Under the pieces are notes generated by a model. The model searched no databases, was not told the origin of the DNA, and worked only from the letters and a program-made list of their open reading frames with translations. Shown in pieces: positions 17,930-28,249 of a DNA stretch of 32,000 nucleotides. The position numbers and the translations under genes are program-made. How positions within the stretch are numbered: position 1 is the first letter of the stretch; the number at the start of each line of letters is the position of its first letter. This stretch comes from Pseudomonas aeruginosa (lineage in GTDB: Bacteria; Pseudomonadota; Gammaproteobacteria; Pseudomonadales; Pseudomonadaceae): the NCBI RefSeq assembly GCF_001457615.1, contig NZ_LN831024.1, forward strand, positions 4,080,001-4,112,000. Reading direction: 5' to 3'.

Positions 17930-20485
17930 TCAGAAGAACTGGGTGACGCTGATCTTGGCGTTGCGTCCCTGGCTGTAGACCAGGTCGCCGCCCAGCGGCT
18001 GGCGATAGGAGCGGTTGAACAGGTTGTCCACGGTGAAGTCGATGCGGGTGTCCTTCAGGCCCAGCTTGGCCGGGACCCACTCGGCGAACAGCCGATGAGT
18101 GTCGTAGCTGTCGTTGGCCGCGTGATCCCAGTAGATATCGCCGGAACCGGTACCCATCCCGCCGCTGTAGCGATCGCTGGGCAGGCGGTCGGTCTTGCGC
18201 ACGAACTCGCCCTGCCAGCCGAGCTTGGCATCCCATTCCGGAACCTTCAGGCCGAGCATGGCCACCCACTTCGGCGGCGGGATGTCGCGCGCCCACACGT
18301 TCGGTCCCCAGGGATTGCTGTAGGCCCCATCGTGCTTGCCGGTCATCCACGAGTAGGACAGGCTGCCGAACAGCCGCTGGCTGTCGTAGAAGCTCTCGAT
18401 CTCGAAGCCCTTGATGGTCAGGCCCGGCAAGTTGCGGTAGTTGCTCAGCGGCAGCATGTCGCCGCAGCTACCACCGATACTGCCGTTGTCGATCGACTGC
18501 TCGCGGCAGCCGACGCTGCGGGTGCGGAATATCTCGTCCTTGATGCGGTTCTGGAACAACGTGGTGCGGATCTGGAGGCTGTCGCCGGCGACCAGCAGGT
18601 CCGGCAGGTTGATCACGCTGCCGCCACGGATCGCATGGATGCGCTCGGCGTCCAGGTCGCGGCTGCTGCCACCGATGGTCGAACTGTTCTGCACTTCGTA
18701 CTGCTCGTCGATCACCGGCGCTCGCCAGGTCTCGGTGTAGTCGGCGAAGAACGCCAGGTTCGGCGTCGCGGTCCAGAACACCGACAGCCGCGGCGACCAG
18801 CCGGAGTAGGTCTGGGCGCGATAGTCATGGCCGAGCTTGGGATTGTCGTAGATCGGCGCCAGGTTGGCCTGGCCGTCGTTGCGCACGCTGTCGAAGCGCA
18901 TCGATGGGGTGACAGTCAGGCTGCCGTAGGTGATCGCGTCCTGGATGTAGAAGCTCTGCGTGTCCTGCTTGCCGGCCGGCATGAATGCCGGTTGCAGCCA
19001 GCCGTAGTTGTAGCGCGGGGTCTCGTAGGTCTTGCCCGGCATGTGCATGAGGATGTCGCGCTTGTGCTTGTGCAGCGCCGCGCCCAGGGTCAGCTCGTGC
19101 TGTAGCGCTCCGGTATCGAAACGGCTGGTGTTGCGCAGTTCCAGGACCTTGTCCTGGTACTCGGTACGCATCCGCTTGCCACCGGTGGCGAGCTGGTAGA
19201 AGGCGGTGTCCTCGCGACGGTCGAGTTGCTCGGTGCGGGCGTCGGAATAGCTCAGTTGCAGGTCGATCCAGGGGTTGTCCAGCGGATGGTAGTTGTACTT
19301 GCCGGTCCAGGTGGTGTCGGTGGTATCGCGGTGGGCCAGCAGGCGGGTCAGGCCCAGCTCGTAGCCGTAGCGGTCGATGGTCCACTGGCTCGGCGGGGTC
19401 GGGTAGCTGCTGGCGGAGAACGGCGTCCAGCGCGAGCTTTTCGAGCGCAGGTAGGTGAAACCCAGGTCGTGCTCCTCGGTGGGGTGCAGGTTGAGCTTGA
19501 ACAGGCCGGTCTTCTCGTCCTGGGCGCTGTTGGGCAGGCGCTTGGGGTTGATCGGGTAGTCGGTGGGCGACAGCGGCAGGTTGTCGGCCAGCTTCATGTC
19601 GCGGCCGTCGCGACCGTTGAGATAGAGCAGGGCATCGACGCGGCGGTCTTCGCTGCGACCGAACACGGCGCCGGAGTAGATCTTCTGCTGGTCGTTGGAG
19701 TGATAGCCGTACTTGAGCATGGCGCCGACGTCGCGGCCTTCGCGCAGCAGGTCCGGCGCGTCCTTGGTCTCCATGTGCACGGTGCCGCCGAAGCCGCCAT
19801 TGCCGGTGAACACCGAGTGCGGTCCCTTCTCCACCTCGATGCGCTTGATCATTTCCGGTTCGATGAACACGGTGCCCTGCTGGTAGCGCTCGAAGCCGCT
19901 CTTCTGCGCGCCGTCCAGGGTATAGGGCACGTCCTCGGCGTCGCCCAGGCCCCAGATGTTGGTGGTCTGTCCGCCCGGCTTGGGCGAGCCGCCCATGGTC
20001 ACTCCGGGCAGGGTCTGCAGCAGGCTGGGGATGTTGTCCGCCTGCTGGCGTTCGATATCCCGCCGGGTCAGGGTCGAACGGCCGACGTTGCTGGCGTCCA
20101 CTTCGCGACCGTTGCCGACGATGGTCTGCGCGTCCAGTTGCAGAGCGTTGTCGCTGTAGGCATCGACCTGGCGCCGGCGCACCACGTAGCCGCCGCCCGC
20201 CTCCACCAGCTCCAGCTCGGAACCGACCAGCAACCGCTCCAGCGCCTCGCGCACCCCGTAGCTGCCGCTCAGCGCCGGAGCGCGCAGGCCCCGCAGGAGC
20301 GACTCGTCGAACAGCACCTGGACCTGCGCCTGCTGCGCCAGGCGCGACAGCGAGGCGGCCAGCGGCTGCGCCGGCAGGTCGAAGCGTCGTTCGGCAGCGC
20401 TGGCGCCGGCGGCCCACAACGCGGCGCCGAGTACGGCGGCGGAACACAGCGGGCGCCAGGCGGCGCGGGTGAAAGGCAAGGTCAT
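17930..20485 (-). CDS. hxuA: TonB-dependent outer membrane receptor with N-terminal STN signalling domain (heme-acquisition type)
   Basis: 851 aa from MTLPFTRAAWRPLCSAAVLG...ASAAERRFDLPAQPLAASLSRLAQQAQVQVLFDESLLRG (signal peptide + STN), plug GSPKPGGQTTNIWGLGD, C-terminal F. Preceded by FecI/FecR-type genes. Symbol inferred from P. aeruginosa locus organisation. Confidence 0.88.
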   Translation of the reverse strand: MTLPFTRAAWRPLCSAAVLGAALWAAGASAAERRFDLPAQPLAASLSRLAQQAQVQVLFDESLLRGLRAPALSGSYGVREALERLLVGSELELVEAGGGYVVRRRQVDAYSDNALQLDAQTIVGNGREVDASNVGRSTLTRRDIERQQADNIPSLLQTLPGVTMGGSPKPGGQTTNIWGLGDAEDVPYTLDGAQKSGFERYQQGTVFIEPEMIKRIEVEKGPHSVFTGNGGFGGTVHMETKDAPDLLREGRDVGAMLKYGYHSNDQQKIYSGAVFGRSEDRRVDALLYLNGRDGRDMKLADNLPLSPTDYPINPKRLPNSAQDEKTGLFKLNLHPTEEHDLGFTYLRSKSSRWTPFSASSYPTPPSQWTIDRYGYELGLTRLLAHRDTTDTTWTGKYNYHPLDNPWIDLQLSYSDARTEQLDRREDTAFYQLATGGKRMRTEYQDKVLELRNTSRFDTGALQHELTLGAALHKHKRDILMHMPGKTYETPRYNYGWLQPAFMPAGKQDTQSFYIQDAITYGSLTVTPSMRFDSVRNDGQANLAPIYDNPKLGHDYRAQTYSGWSPRLSVFWTATPNLAFFADYTETWRAPVIDEQYEVQNSSTIGGSSRDLDAERIHAIRGGSVINLPDLLVAGDSLQIRTTLFQNRIKDEIFRTRSVGCREQSIDNGSIGGSCGDMLPLSNYRNLPGLTIKGFEIESFYDSQRLFGSLSYSWMTGKHDGAYSNPWGPNVWARDIPPPKWVAMLGLKVPEWDAKLGWQGEFVRKTDRLPSDRYSGGMGTGSGDIYWDHAANDSYDTHRLFAEWVPAKLGLKDTRIDFTVDNLFNRSYRQPLGGDLVYSQGRNAKISVTQFF

Positions 20486-20577
20486 GCTGGAACTCTCCCC
20501 AAGTGACTGCTGGATGTCGCCGGCAGCGGCGACGGACAGCAGAGAAGACGCAGCAGGGAGAAAAACCCACATATACG

Positions 20578-20596
20578 AATGAAAAATATTTTCATT
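20578..20596. promoter_or_regulatory. Candidate Fur box / operator between fecR-like gene and receptor gene
   Basis: AATGAAAA-ATA-TTTTCATT, perfect 8-bp arms, 19 bp total, ~93 nt upstream of the receptor ATG. Confidence 0.55.
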
Positions 20597-20613
20597 AACG
20601 CTGACGACGCGCC

Positions 20614-21597
20614 TCAGCGCGCCAGGATCAGCACCTCGCCACCAGCCTGCGGCTGCACCCGCACCGGCAATAGCGCCGGCAGGGCGAGGAGAAAATCGTC
20701 GGGGCGGGCGATCCGCACCGTACCGGAGACCCGCTTGCCGGCAAGCCGGGGATCTCCCAGGCGGATCGGCGCGGCGCGATAGCGCGACAGTTCCTCCACC
20801 AGTTCGCCCAGCGGCTTGTCGCGGAACACCAGTTGCCCATCGCGCCAACTGGCGACCTGCTCCGGCGCCACATGGCCGAGGTCCAGGCGCTGGTCGGCGA
20901 GGTCCAGGCGCGCGCTGTCGCCAGCCAGCAGCACATGTTCGGCATCCTTCTCCAGGGACGGCTGCAACGCCACGCGCCCCTGTTTCACCGCCACGGCGAG
21001 GGCCTGCGCGTTGCGCCGGACGCTGAACTGGGTACCGAGTACGGTGACCCGGCTGTCGCCGCTGCCGACCCGGAAAGGCCGGGCCGGATCGTGGCTGACC
21101 ACGAAGAACACCTCGCCTTTCTTCAACAGCACGTCGCGGGTGCGCTCGGCGTAACGCACCTGCACCTGGGTATCGACGTCGAGGAACAGCTTCGATCCGT
21201 CCGCCAGGACCACCTCGCGCTGCTCGCCAGGTGCCGTGCCGTAGGCGAGGTTCGGTCCGAGCGACTGGTCGCGCCAGAACAGGGTGGCGACGAGCAGCGC
21301 GCAGAATACGAAGAACGCCGCCGCCAGCGCCCGGGGCAGGCGCCAGGCCGGCACCGGCTCGGGAATATCGTCCAGCGCCGGGCGCGGCAGGCCGTCGAAC
21401 TCGCGCCAGAGCCGCTCCATGCCCTCGAGCGCTTCGCGATGGCGCGGATCGGCGCGTAGCCAATCCTCCAGCTCGGCCCGGCAGGCAGCGCTGAAATGCC
21501 CGGAACGACGCCGGCTGAACCAGTAGGCGGCGCGGTGATCGATGTCCTCTTCGGTTTCGTCTGCGAACAGCGGTTCCAGTCGTTCCAGCGGCTTCAT
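20614..21597 (-). CDS. hxuR: FecR-family anti-sigma / transmembrane sensor
   Basis: 327 aa MKPLERLEPLFADETEEDIDHRAAYWFSRRRSG...; FecR-domain GEVFFVVSHDPARPFRVGSGDSRVTVLGTQFSVR. Confidence 0.88.
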   Translation of the reverse strand: MKPLERLEPLFADETEEDIDHRAAYWFSRRRSGHFSAACRAELEDWLRADPRHREALEGMERLWREFDGLPRPALDDIPEPVPAWRLPRALAAAFFVFCALLVATLFWRDQSLGPNLAYGTAPGEQREVVLADGSKLFLDVDTQVQVRYAERTRDVLLKKGEVFFVVSHDPARPFRVGSGDSRVTVLGTQFSVRRNAQALAVAVKQGRVALQPSLEKDAEHVLLAGDSARLDLADQRLDLGHVAPEQVASWRDGQLVFRDKPLGELVEELSRYRAAPIRLGDPRLAGKRVSGTVRIARPDDFLLALPALLPVRVQPQAGGEVLILAR

Positions 21598-22121
21598 CCT
21601 TCGCCTCCCTGGCCAAGCCGCCGCTTGCAGTGCAGCAAGGCGCTGGCGATGTGCTTTTCCACCATGCTCAGGGAGATTCCCATGCGCTCGGCCACTTCGA
21701 CCTGGGACAGGCCGTCGAACTTGTGCAGGACGAACGCTTCGCGCCGCCGCGGCGGCAGCTCGGCCAGCGCGGCCGCCAGGTGGCTGAGGCGCTGCTGCTG
21801 TTCGAAACGCTCGCCCGGCCCGGCCGCCTCGCCTTCCAGCGCGGCGGGTTCGTCGTTCGCCGCCGGCCGGTCGATATCCTGGCCGCGGCTCTGCTGCCGG
21901 CGCCAATGGTCGCGCAACAGGTTGCGGGCGATCTGGAAAAGAAATGCGCGCGGCTGCTCGACCGATTGCCGGCCCGGCCATTTCAGCCACTGGGCGAAAG
22001 TATCCTGGGCGAGGTCGGCGGCGTCCGCCGAACTGCCCAGGTGCTTGCGCAGGAAGCGCAGCAACTCGCCATGGAACGCCTGATAGGCATGCGAGACGGA
22101 ACCACGGAAGCGCTCATCCAT
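21594..22121 (-). CDS. hxuI: ECF (FecI/iron-starvation type) sigma factor
   Basis: MDERFRGSVSHAYQAFHGELLRFLRKHLGSSADAADLAQDTFAQWLKW...LPPRRREAFVLHKFDGLSQVEVAERMGISLSMVEKHIASALLHC. ATGA overlap with the fecR-like gene. Confidence 0.9.
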   Translation of the reverse strand: MDERFRGSVSHAYQAFHGELLRFLRKHLGSSADAADLAQDTFAQWLKWPGRQSVEQPRAFLFQIARNLLRDHWRRQQSRGQDIDRPAANDEPAALEGEAAGPGERFEQQQRLSHLAAALAELPPRRREAFVLHKFDGLSQVEVAERMGISLSMVEKHIASALLHCKRRLGQGGEG

Positions 22122-22217
22122 CCGTGCATCCTCCGGCGGCGCCCCCCGCGCCGTTGACCCGCTGCAACACCTCGCCTCCCCGCTTCCGTCGGATACGGAA
22201 GTCCCTTGCAAATATGC

Positions 22218-22239
22218 GAATGATAATACATATCATTTC
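22218..22239. promoter_or_regulatory. Candidate Fur box upstream of ECF sigma gene
   Basis: GAATGATAATACATATCATTTC, near-palindromic and close to the GATAATGATAATCATTATC consensus. Confidence 0.75.
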
Positions 22240-22269
22240 ACAAGGTAAGGAAGTGCGACGGACGCGAGC

Positions 22270-22719
22270 TCAGCCGGCGCGGAAGATCAGGTAGTCCTCC
22301 CAGTCGTCCTCGGCCACCTGGGTCTCGCTGAGCATGCGCCCGGACTGGGAAATGCGTTCCTTGTGGACCCGCTCCGGGTCGCCGCAGACCAGGTGGTGCC
22401 AGAGCGGCAGGTCCTTGCCTTCGGCAACCAGGCGATAGCCGCAGGTCGGCGGCAACCACTGGAACTCGTCGGCCTGCGCCGGGGTGAGCTGGATACAGTC
22501 GGGGACGAAACGGATGCGCTCGGCGTAGTTGGTGCAGCGGCAGCTTTGCAGGTCGAGCAGCTTGCAGGCGATACGCGTGTAGTAGACGCTGCCGTCGTCC
22601 TCGTCCTCGAGCTTCTGCAGGCAGCACAGGCCGCAACCGTCGCACAGCGACTCCCACTCGTCCTGGTCGAGTTGGGCGAGGGTCTTGCGTTTCCAGAAGG
22701 GTTCGACTTTGGCGGCCAT
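22270..22719 (-). CDS. YcgN-like cysteine-rich protein (YkgJ/UPF0153-type metal-binding cluster)
   Basis: [43 protein letters not shown]...[14 protein letters not shown]...PTCGYR. Confidence 0.85.
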   Translation of the reverse strand: MAAKVEPFWKRKTLAQLDQDEWESLCDGCGLCCLQKLEDEDDGSVYYTRIACKLLDLQSCRCTNYAERIRFVPDCIQLTPAQADEFQWLPPTCGYRLVAEGKDLPLWHHLVCGDPERVHKERISQSGRMLSETQVAEDDWEDYLIFRAG

Positions 22720-22795
22720 GGCATCGGGGGCTGGTGAAAAGGCGCGATAGTCTAGTCCCCCGCCCCCTCCAGGCCAAGCACCGGCCGGCACATGG

Positions 22796-23071
22796 CTACT
22801 TCAGGTAGGAACGCAGCGCGGTCACCACCAGTTCCAGGTCTTCGCGACGCTGCTCCGCGCTCGCCTGCTCGGCGCCGAGGTGTTCGCGGATGTGCCCCTC
22901 CAGCACTTCGTTCATCAGGCCGTTCACCGCACCGCGGATCGCCGCGATCTGTTGCAGCACCGCCGCGCATTCGCTGCCCTCTTCCAGCGCCTGCTCCAGC
23001 GCCCGGGTCTGCCCGGCGATGCGGCGCACCCGCGCCAGGAGCTTCTTCTTCCCATGGATGGTATGGGCCAC
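22796..23071 (-). CDS. FrmR/RcnR-family metal-responsive repressor (DmeR-like)
   Basis: 91 aa from GTG 23071: [65 protein letters not shown]. The [19 protein letters not shown] / Cys / His pattern is typical of the family. Confidence 0.9.
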   Translation of the reverse strand: MAHTIHGKKKLLARVRRIAGQTRALEQALEEGSECAAVLQQIAAIRGAVNGLMNEVLEGHIREHLGAEQASAEQRREDLELVVTALRSYLK

Positions 23072-23089
23072 CGCTCTCTCCTCAAGGTA

Positions 23090-23110
23090 ATATACTGGGG
23101 TATAGTATAT
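23090..23110. promoter_or_regulatory. RcnR/DmeR-type operator ATATACT-GGGGTAT-AGTATAT
   Basis: Perfect 7-bp inverted arms flanking a G-tract, between the divergent regulator and exporter genes. Confidence 0.8.
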
Positions 23111-23138
23111 TTTCGACGTCTCGACAGGACAGTAGCAA

Positions 23139-24134
<996 letters not shown>

Positions 24135-24145
24135 GGGAACGCGGC

Positions 24146-25078
24146 TCAGTAGCCGCGAGCGAAGTCCACCTCGCCGCGCATGGCGGTACCCGCCCAGAAG
24201 CGCGCGAGGTTGTCTCGGAACAGTTCGACCATCGCCCCCGGCAGGGTCGGCGCGGCGGTGTGCCCGGTCAGCAAGAGGCGCGGGGTATGCCAGAACAGGT
24301 GGTTGGCCGGCAGCGGCTCTTCGCGGCAGACGTCGATCACCGCGCCGGCCAGTTGGTTGTTCTCCAGTGCCGCCACCAGGTCGGCGTCCACCACCGCGAC
24401 ACCACGCCCGGCATTGATGAACAGCGCCGTGGGCTTGAGCCGGGCGAACAGCGCACGGTCGTAGATGTCGTGGGTATCGGGGGTGTCGGGCAGCAGGTTG
24501 ATCAGGTAGTCGGCCGTCTCCACCAGGCGACCGAGGTCGTCGAGCGACCCCATGCGGTTGAACGGCACCAGCGAACGCGGATTCTTCGCCACCCCGGTCA
24601 GGTCCATGCCGAAGCCGGACAGGGTATGCGCCACCGCCTGGCCGATCTCCCCGGTGCCCACGATCACCACCTGCCGGCCACGCAACCCGCCAGGCGTGCG
24701 GCTATCCCATTGCGAACCGACCTGGCTGGCCAGGCGACCGAGGAACTGGCGCTCGTGGGCGAGCATGTAGGTCAGCAGGTATTCGCTCATCACCTGGCCG
24801 AAGATGCCTACCGCGCGTGTCAGGCTGTAGTCCTTCGGCAGGTCGGCGGCCAGCAGCGGCGTGATGCCCGCCCAGGTCGACTGCACCCAGACCGGATGCA
24901 CGCCCTGGCGCAGCATCTGCGCCACCAGGTCGGGCTGGCCGAGCCAGATCGAGCACTCGCTGGCGGCGTCGATGAGCTGCAGGGGATCGTCCCCCGCCAC
25001 CACCTTCAGGCTGGGGTCGGCCGCCATCAGCAGCGCGGCATAGAGAGCGTGGTCACGTTCGAGAATCAGCAAGCGCAT
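24146..25078 (-). CDS. D-isomer-specific 2-hydroxyacid dehydrogenase (GhrA-like)
   Basis: 310 aa; VVIVGTGEIGQAVAHTLSGFGMDLTGV Rossmann motif, LPDTPDTHDIYD, RGAVVD-like RGVAVVDADLV. Confidence 0.9.
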   Translation of the reverse strand: MRLLILERDHALYAALLMAADPSLKVVAGDDPLQLIDAASECSIWLGQPDLVAQMLRQGVHPVWVQSTWAGITPLLAADLPKDYSLTRAVGIFGQVMSEYLLTYMLAHERQFLGRLASQVGSQWDSRTPGGLRGRQVVIVGTGEIGQAVAHTLSGFGMDLTGVAKNPRSLVPFNRMGSLDDLGRLVETADYLINLLPDTPDTHDIYDRALFARLKPTALFINAGRGVAVVDADLVAALENNQLAGAVIDVCREEPLPANHLFWHTPRLLLTGHTAAPTLPGAMVELFRDNLARFWAGTAMRGEVDFARGY

Positions 25079-25277
25079 GGGTCACACTGCCAAGCCGGAC
25101 AAGGGCTGGCGATCAGGCCGGAGAATATTGTTCTTTCATGCATCACGGCTCCTGGAGGGAAGCCCTCGAGAGCAGCAGGTTTGGCGCTGGTAGACCACGG
25201 TCGCTGCCAGGGGTTCCGCTATCGTGCGACATCTTGCGGACATCATGCACCGAAGGCGCAACCTTGCACAGAGCGGG

Positions 25278-25292
25278 TTTCACGTCGTGAAA
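25278..25292. repeat. Palindrome TTTCACG-T-CGTGAAA
   Basis: Perfect 7-bp arms, 1-nt centre. Confidence 0.6.
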
Positions 25293-25293
25293 G

Positions 25294-25315
25294 TGGCGCC
25301 GGGAAGCCGGCGCCA
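25294..25315 (-). terminator. Terminator-like hairpin at end of the rnd-ycgL transcript
   Basis: Perfect 9-bp stem TGGCGCCGG / CCGGCGCCA with 4-nt loop, just downstream of the ycgL-like stop (25333) on the minus strand; weak T content (CTTTC). Confidence 0.5.
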
Positions 25316-25332
25316 GCGGGGTACGGCTCGCG

Positions 25333-25626
25333 TCAGAGCGGGTCGTTCATGCGCAGCAACTCTTCCGGGAGATGCTCGATGTACTCTTCTTCGCCCGGCG
25401 GCATCTGCAAGTGGAAGCCCTGCTTCTCGATGTTCTCCAGGACCTTGGCGACATCCTCGCGGGCCAGTTGGCGCTCGGGGGTGAGCAGCAGGTCGAAGAC
25501 ATGTTGCGGCGCGCCGAACGGCACCAGCAGGGCCTCGGGTACGCGGCTCAACGCCTCGCGCTTGTCGACGTAGAGGTACATCTCGTTCTTGCGCGGGCTC
25601 TTGTAGACGGAACAGATTCGTTTCAT
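25333..25626 (-). CDS. YcgL domain-containing protein
   Basis: 97 aa [77 protein letters not shown]; adjacent to rnd. Confidence 0.92.
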   Translation of the reverse strand: MKRICSVYKSPRKNEMYLYVDKREALSRVPEALLVPFGAPQHVFDLLLTPERQLAREDVAKVLENIEKQGFHLQMPPGEEEYIEHLPEELLRMNDPL

Positions 25627-26753
25627 GCGCTCTCCAGGGCGTCCAGCAGGGCCTGGCCCATGCGTTCGCGGCGCCAGCCGCGGAGGGAATCGGGCAGTTC
25701 GTAGGGACCGTCGGGATAGCCGCTCTTGAGCAGTGCCTCGAGGATCTTCTTGCGCAGCATCAGCTCAGGCGCCATGCCCAGGGTCTCCGCTTCGCGCTGG
25801 CCGATGGCGCGCAGGCTCTTGAGCAGCGGGGTGACCTCCGGCGGCAGCGGCTCGGGCAGCGCCTCGGGCCATTCGCTCTGCGGCAGGCGCGCAGCCTGGG
25901 CGATCAGTTCGATGAGGAAGTCGCCGTCCTGGCGCACGGTGCGCGGATGCATGTCTTCGATCGCCGCCAGGTCGGTCTTGTTCTTCGGCAGCAGGCGCGC
26001 CAGCGGCCACAGGGTACGTTCGCGCAGCACGTGGTTGCGCGGCCGGTTGCGCAGGCGTGCCTGCTCCTCGCGCCAGGCGCAGAGTTCGCGGAGCACCGCC
26101 AGTTGCTGCGGACGCAGCCGCCAACCCAGCTTGACCTCGCGGTAGGCCTCGCGCGGATCACTCTCGCGGCAGAGGTTGGCGACCAGTTCGGCGCCGTCCT
26201 CCAGCAGCCAGGCGCGTTTCTCCTCGCTCAGCCGCGCATCCAGGGCCAGGTAGACCTGGGCGAGGTGCTGGACGTCGTCGGCGGCGTAGCGCATCTGCAT
26301 CTCGGTGAGCGGCCGTTGCAACCAGTCGGAACGGGTCTCGTCCTTGGGCAGGTCGATGTCCAGCACCTCCTTCACCAGCTTCGAGTAGCCCATCGAATGG
26401 GCCATGCCGAGATAGGCGGCGGCCAACTGCGTATCGAACAGCGGCACCGGCAGGCTGCCGGTGAGGCGCAGGAACACCTCGAGGTCTTCGCTGCAGGCAT
26501 GCAGCACCTTCACCACCCGCTCGTCTTCGAGCAGCTCGGCGAAGGGGCTCCAGTCCTGGATCAGCAGCGGATCGATCAGCCACTCCTGCCGGCCATCGCC
26601 CACCTGCACCAGACCGGCCGCGGGATAGAAGGTATCGACGCGCATGAACTCGGTATCGAGCGCGAGGTACGGCTGTGTGCGCCATTCCCGGCATTGCTGC
26701 GCCAGGCTGGCATCATCGCGGATCCACTGGATTTCGGGCGCGGTCACGAACAT
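25623..26753 (-). CDS. rnd: Ribonuclease D
   Basis: [54 protein letters not shown] (DEDD ExoI), HRDC-like C-terminus. ORF track N-terminus is extended. Confidence 0.95.
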   Translation of the reverse strand: MFVTAPEIQWIRDDASLAQQCREWRTQPYLALDTEFMRVDTFYPAAGLVQVGDGRQEWLIDPLLIQDWSPFAELLEDERVVKVLHACSEDLEVFLRLTGSLPVPLFDTQLAAAYLGMAHSMGYSKLVKEVLDIDLPKDETRSDWLQRPLTEMQMRYAADDVQHLAQVYLALDARLSEEKRAWLLEDGAELVANLCRESDPREAYREVKLGWRLRPQQLAVLRELCAWREEQARLRNRPRNHVLRERTLWPLARLLPKNKTDLAAIEDMHPRTVRQDGDFLIELIAQAARLPQSEWPEALPEPLPPEVTPLLKSLRAIGQREAETLGMAPELMLRKKILEALLKSGYPDGPYELPDSLRGWRRERMGQALLDALESA

Positions 26754-26887
26754 CTCCTTGGTCAAGTGCGGCGCATTATATAGAGCCTGGCGCCATGCGA
26801 GCATTCCGCTCGGCACCGCGCTTGCCGATGAGCGTAGCGAATGTCCATACTCCGCCCTTTGTCCGACAATCCGAACAAGGGAACTGC

Positions 26888-27949
26888 ATGAAGAAGCTCA
26901 GCGGAATAATCGTCCTCCTGCTGGCTGGCGCGGCTCTTTACCTGGCCCTGAAGACCAGCCCGATCGACCCGCTCGCCTGGGATGCTCCGGCCGCTCCGCA
27001 GATGACCGGGGTCCTCGAACCCAACGACACCCTGATGAAGGCCGAGCTGCTTGGCCAGGGCCAGTTGCACGGCCCCGAGGACACCGCCGTGGACAGCCAG
27101 GGCCGCGTCTATGCCGGTCTCGCCGACGGCCGCGTGGTACGCCTGGACGCCAGCGGCAAGGTCGAGACCTTCGTCGACACCGGCGGCCGCCCGCTGGGCA
27201 TGGACTTCGATGCCGCCGGCAACCTGATCCTCGCCGATGCCTGGAAAGGCCTGCTGCGCATCGATCCGCAGGGCAAGGTGGAAACCCTCGCCACCGAGGC
27301 CGACGGTGTCCCCTTCGCCTTCACCGACGACCTCGACATCGCCAGCGACGGCCGCATCTACTTCAGCGACGCTTCCAGCAAGTTCCACCAGCCCGACTAC
27401 ATCCTCGACCTGCTCGAGGCCCGACCGCACGGCCGCCTGCTGCGCTACGACCCGTCCACCGGCAAGACCGAGGTGCTGCTCAAGGACCTGTACTTCGCCA
27501 ATGGCGTGGCACTCTCGGCAAACGAGGACTTCGTACTGGTCAACGAGACCTACCGCTATCGCATCACCCGCTACTGGCTGAAAGGCGAGAAGGCTGGCCA
27601 GCACGAGGTGTTCATCGACAACCTGCCGGGCTTGCCGGACAACCTCCAGGGCGACCGCAAGGGTACCTTCTGGGTGGCCCTGCCGACCCCGCGCAAGGCC
27701 GACGCCGACTTCCTCCACCGGCATCCCTGGCTGAAGGCGCAGCTGGCCAAGCTGCCGCGCATGTTCCTGCCCAAGCCGACCGCCTACGGGCTGGTCATCG
27801 CCATCGACGAACAGGGCAGGATCGTCCGCAGCCTGCACGACACCAGCGGCCACCACCTGCGCATGATCACCTCGGCGAAGCCGGTGGGCGACCAGCTCTA
27901 CTTCGGCAGCCTGGAAAACGATCGGATCGGCCGTCTGGCGATTCCCTGA
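26888..27949 (+). CDS. SMP-30/gluconolactonase/strictosidine synthase-like beta-propeller, membrane-anchored
   Basis: MKKLSGIIVLLLAGAALYLALKTSPIDPLAWDAP... then GPEDTAVDSQGRVYAGLADGRVVRLD repeats and strictosidine-synthase-like GRIYFSDAS. ATG 26888 is preceded by AAGGGAACT. Confidence 0.87.
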   Translation: MKKLSGIIVLLLAGAALYLALKTSPIDPLAWDAPAAPQMTGVLEPNDTLMKAELLGQGQLHGPEDTAVDSQGRVYAGLADGRVVRLDASGKVETFVDTGGRPLGMDFDAAGNLILADAWKGLLRIDPQGKVETLATEADGVPFAFTDDLDIASDGRIYFSDASSKFHQPDYILDLLEARPHGRLLRYDPSTGKTEVLLKDLYFANGVALSANEDFVLVNETYRYRITRYWLKGEKAGQHEVFIDNLPGLPDNLQGDRKGTFWVALPTPRKADADFLHRHPWLKAQLAKLPRMFLPKPTAYGLVIAIDEQGRIVRSLHDTSGHHLRMITSAKPVGDQLYFGSLENDRIGRLAIP

Positions 27950-27959
27950 AAAAGCCGAG

Positions 27960-27995
27960 GCGAAAAAAAGCCCGGCGCAAGCGTCGGGCCAAGCC
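27960..27995 (-). terminator. Intrinsic terminator on minus strand (hairpin GCCCGACG-CTTG-CGCCGGGC followed by TTTTTTT)
   Basis: Plus strand reads CGAAAAAAAGCCCGGCGCAAGCGTCGGGCC, so the U-tract follows the stem only on the minus strand. Confidence 0.75.
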
Positions 27996-28249
27996 AATCG
28001 GACAAGCGTCCCGAGGGATAGAACACAGGAGCGGGTATCTCGGAACGAGCCGATTCTGCATGTCTGGACAAATCCCCCGCTGCCGGGCGAGGCTGATGAC
28101 CGAGTAGGAATCTTCCTCGCCTGGAGCCAGCCCTTTCCTTTCGCCATTTCTCCGCCTCGCCGCGCGACGCCGGGATGACGCGACGCGGTCCAAGGGGCAT
28201 GATCCACCCATTCGCCACCGGCTTTGCTTCCCGACCCAAGGAGTCCGCG

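Noticed and set aside
20486-21616. Long N-terminal extension of the 1228-aa receptor ORF
   Set aside because: The extension overlaps hxuR-like coding sequence in another frame; a signal peptide, STN domain and RBS support a start at 20485.
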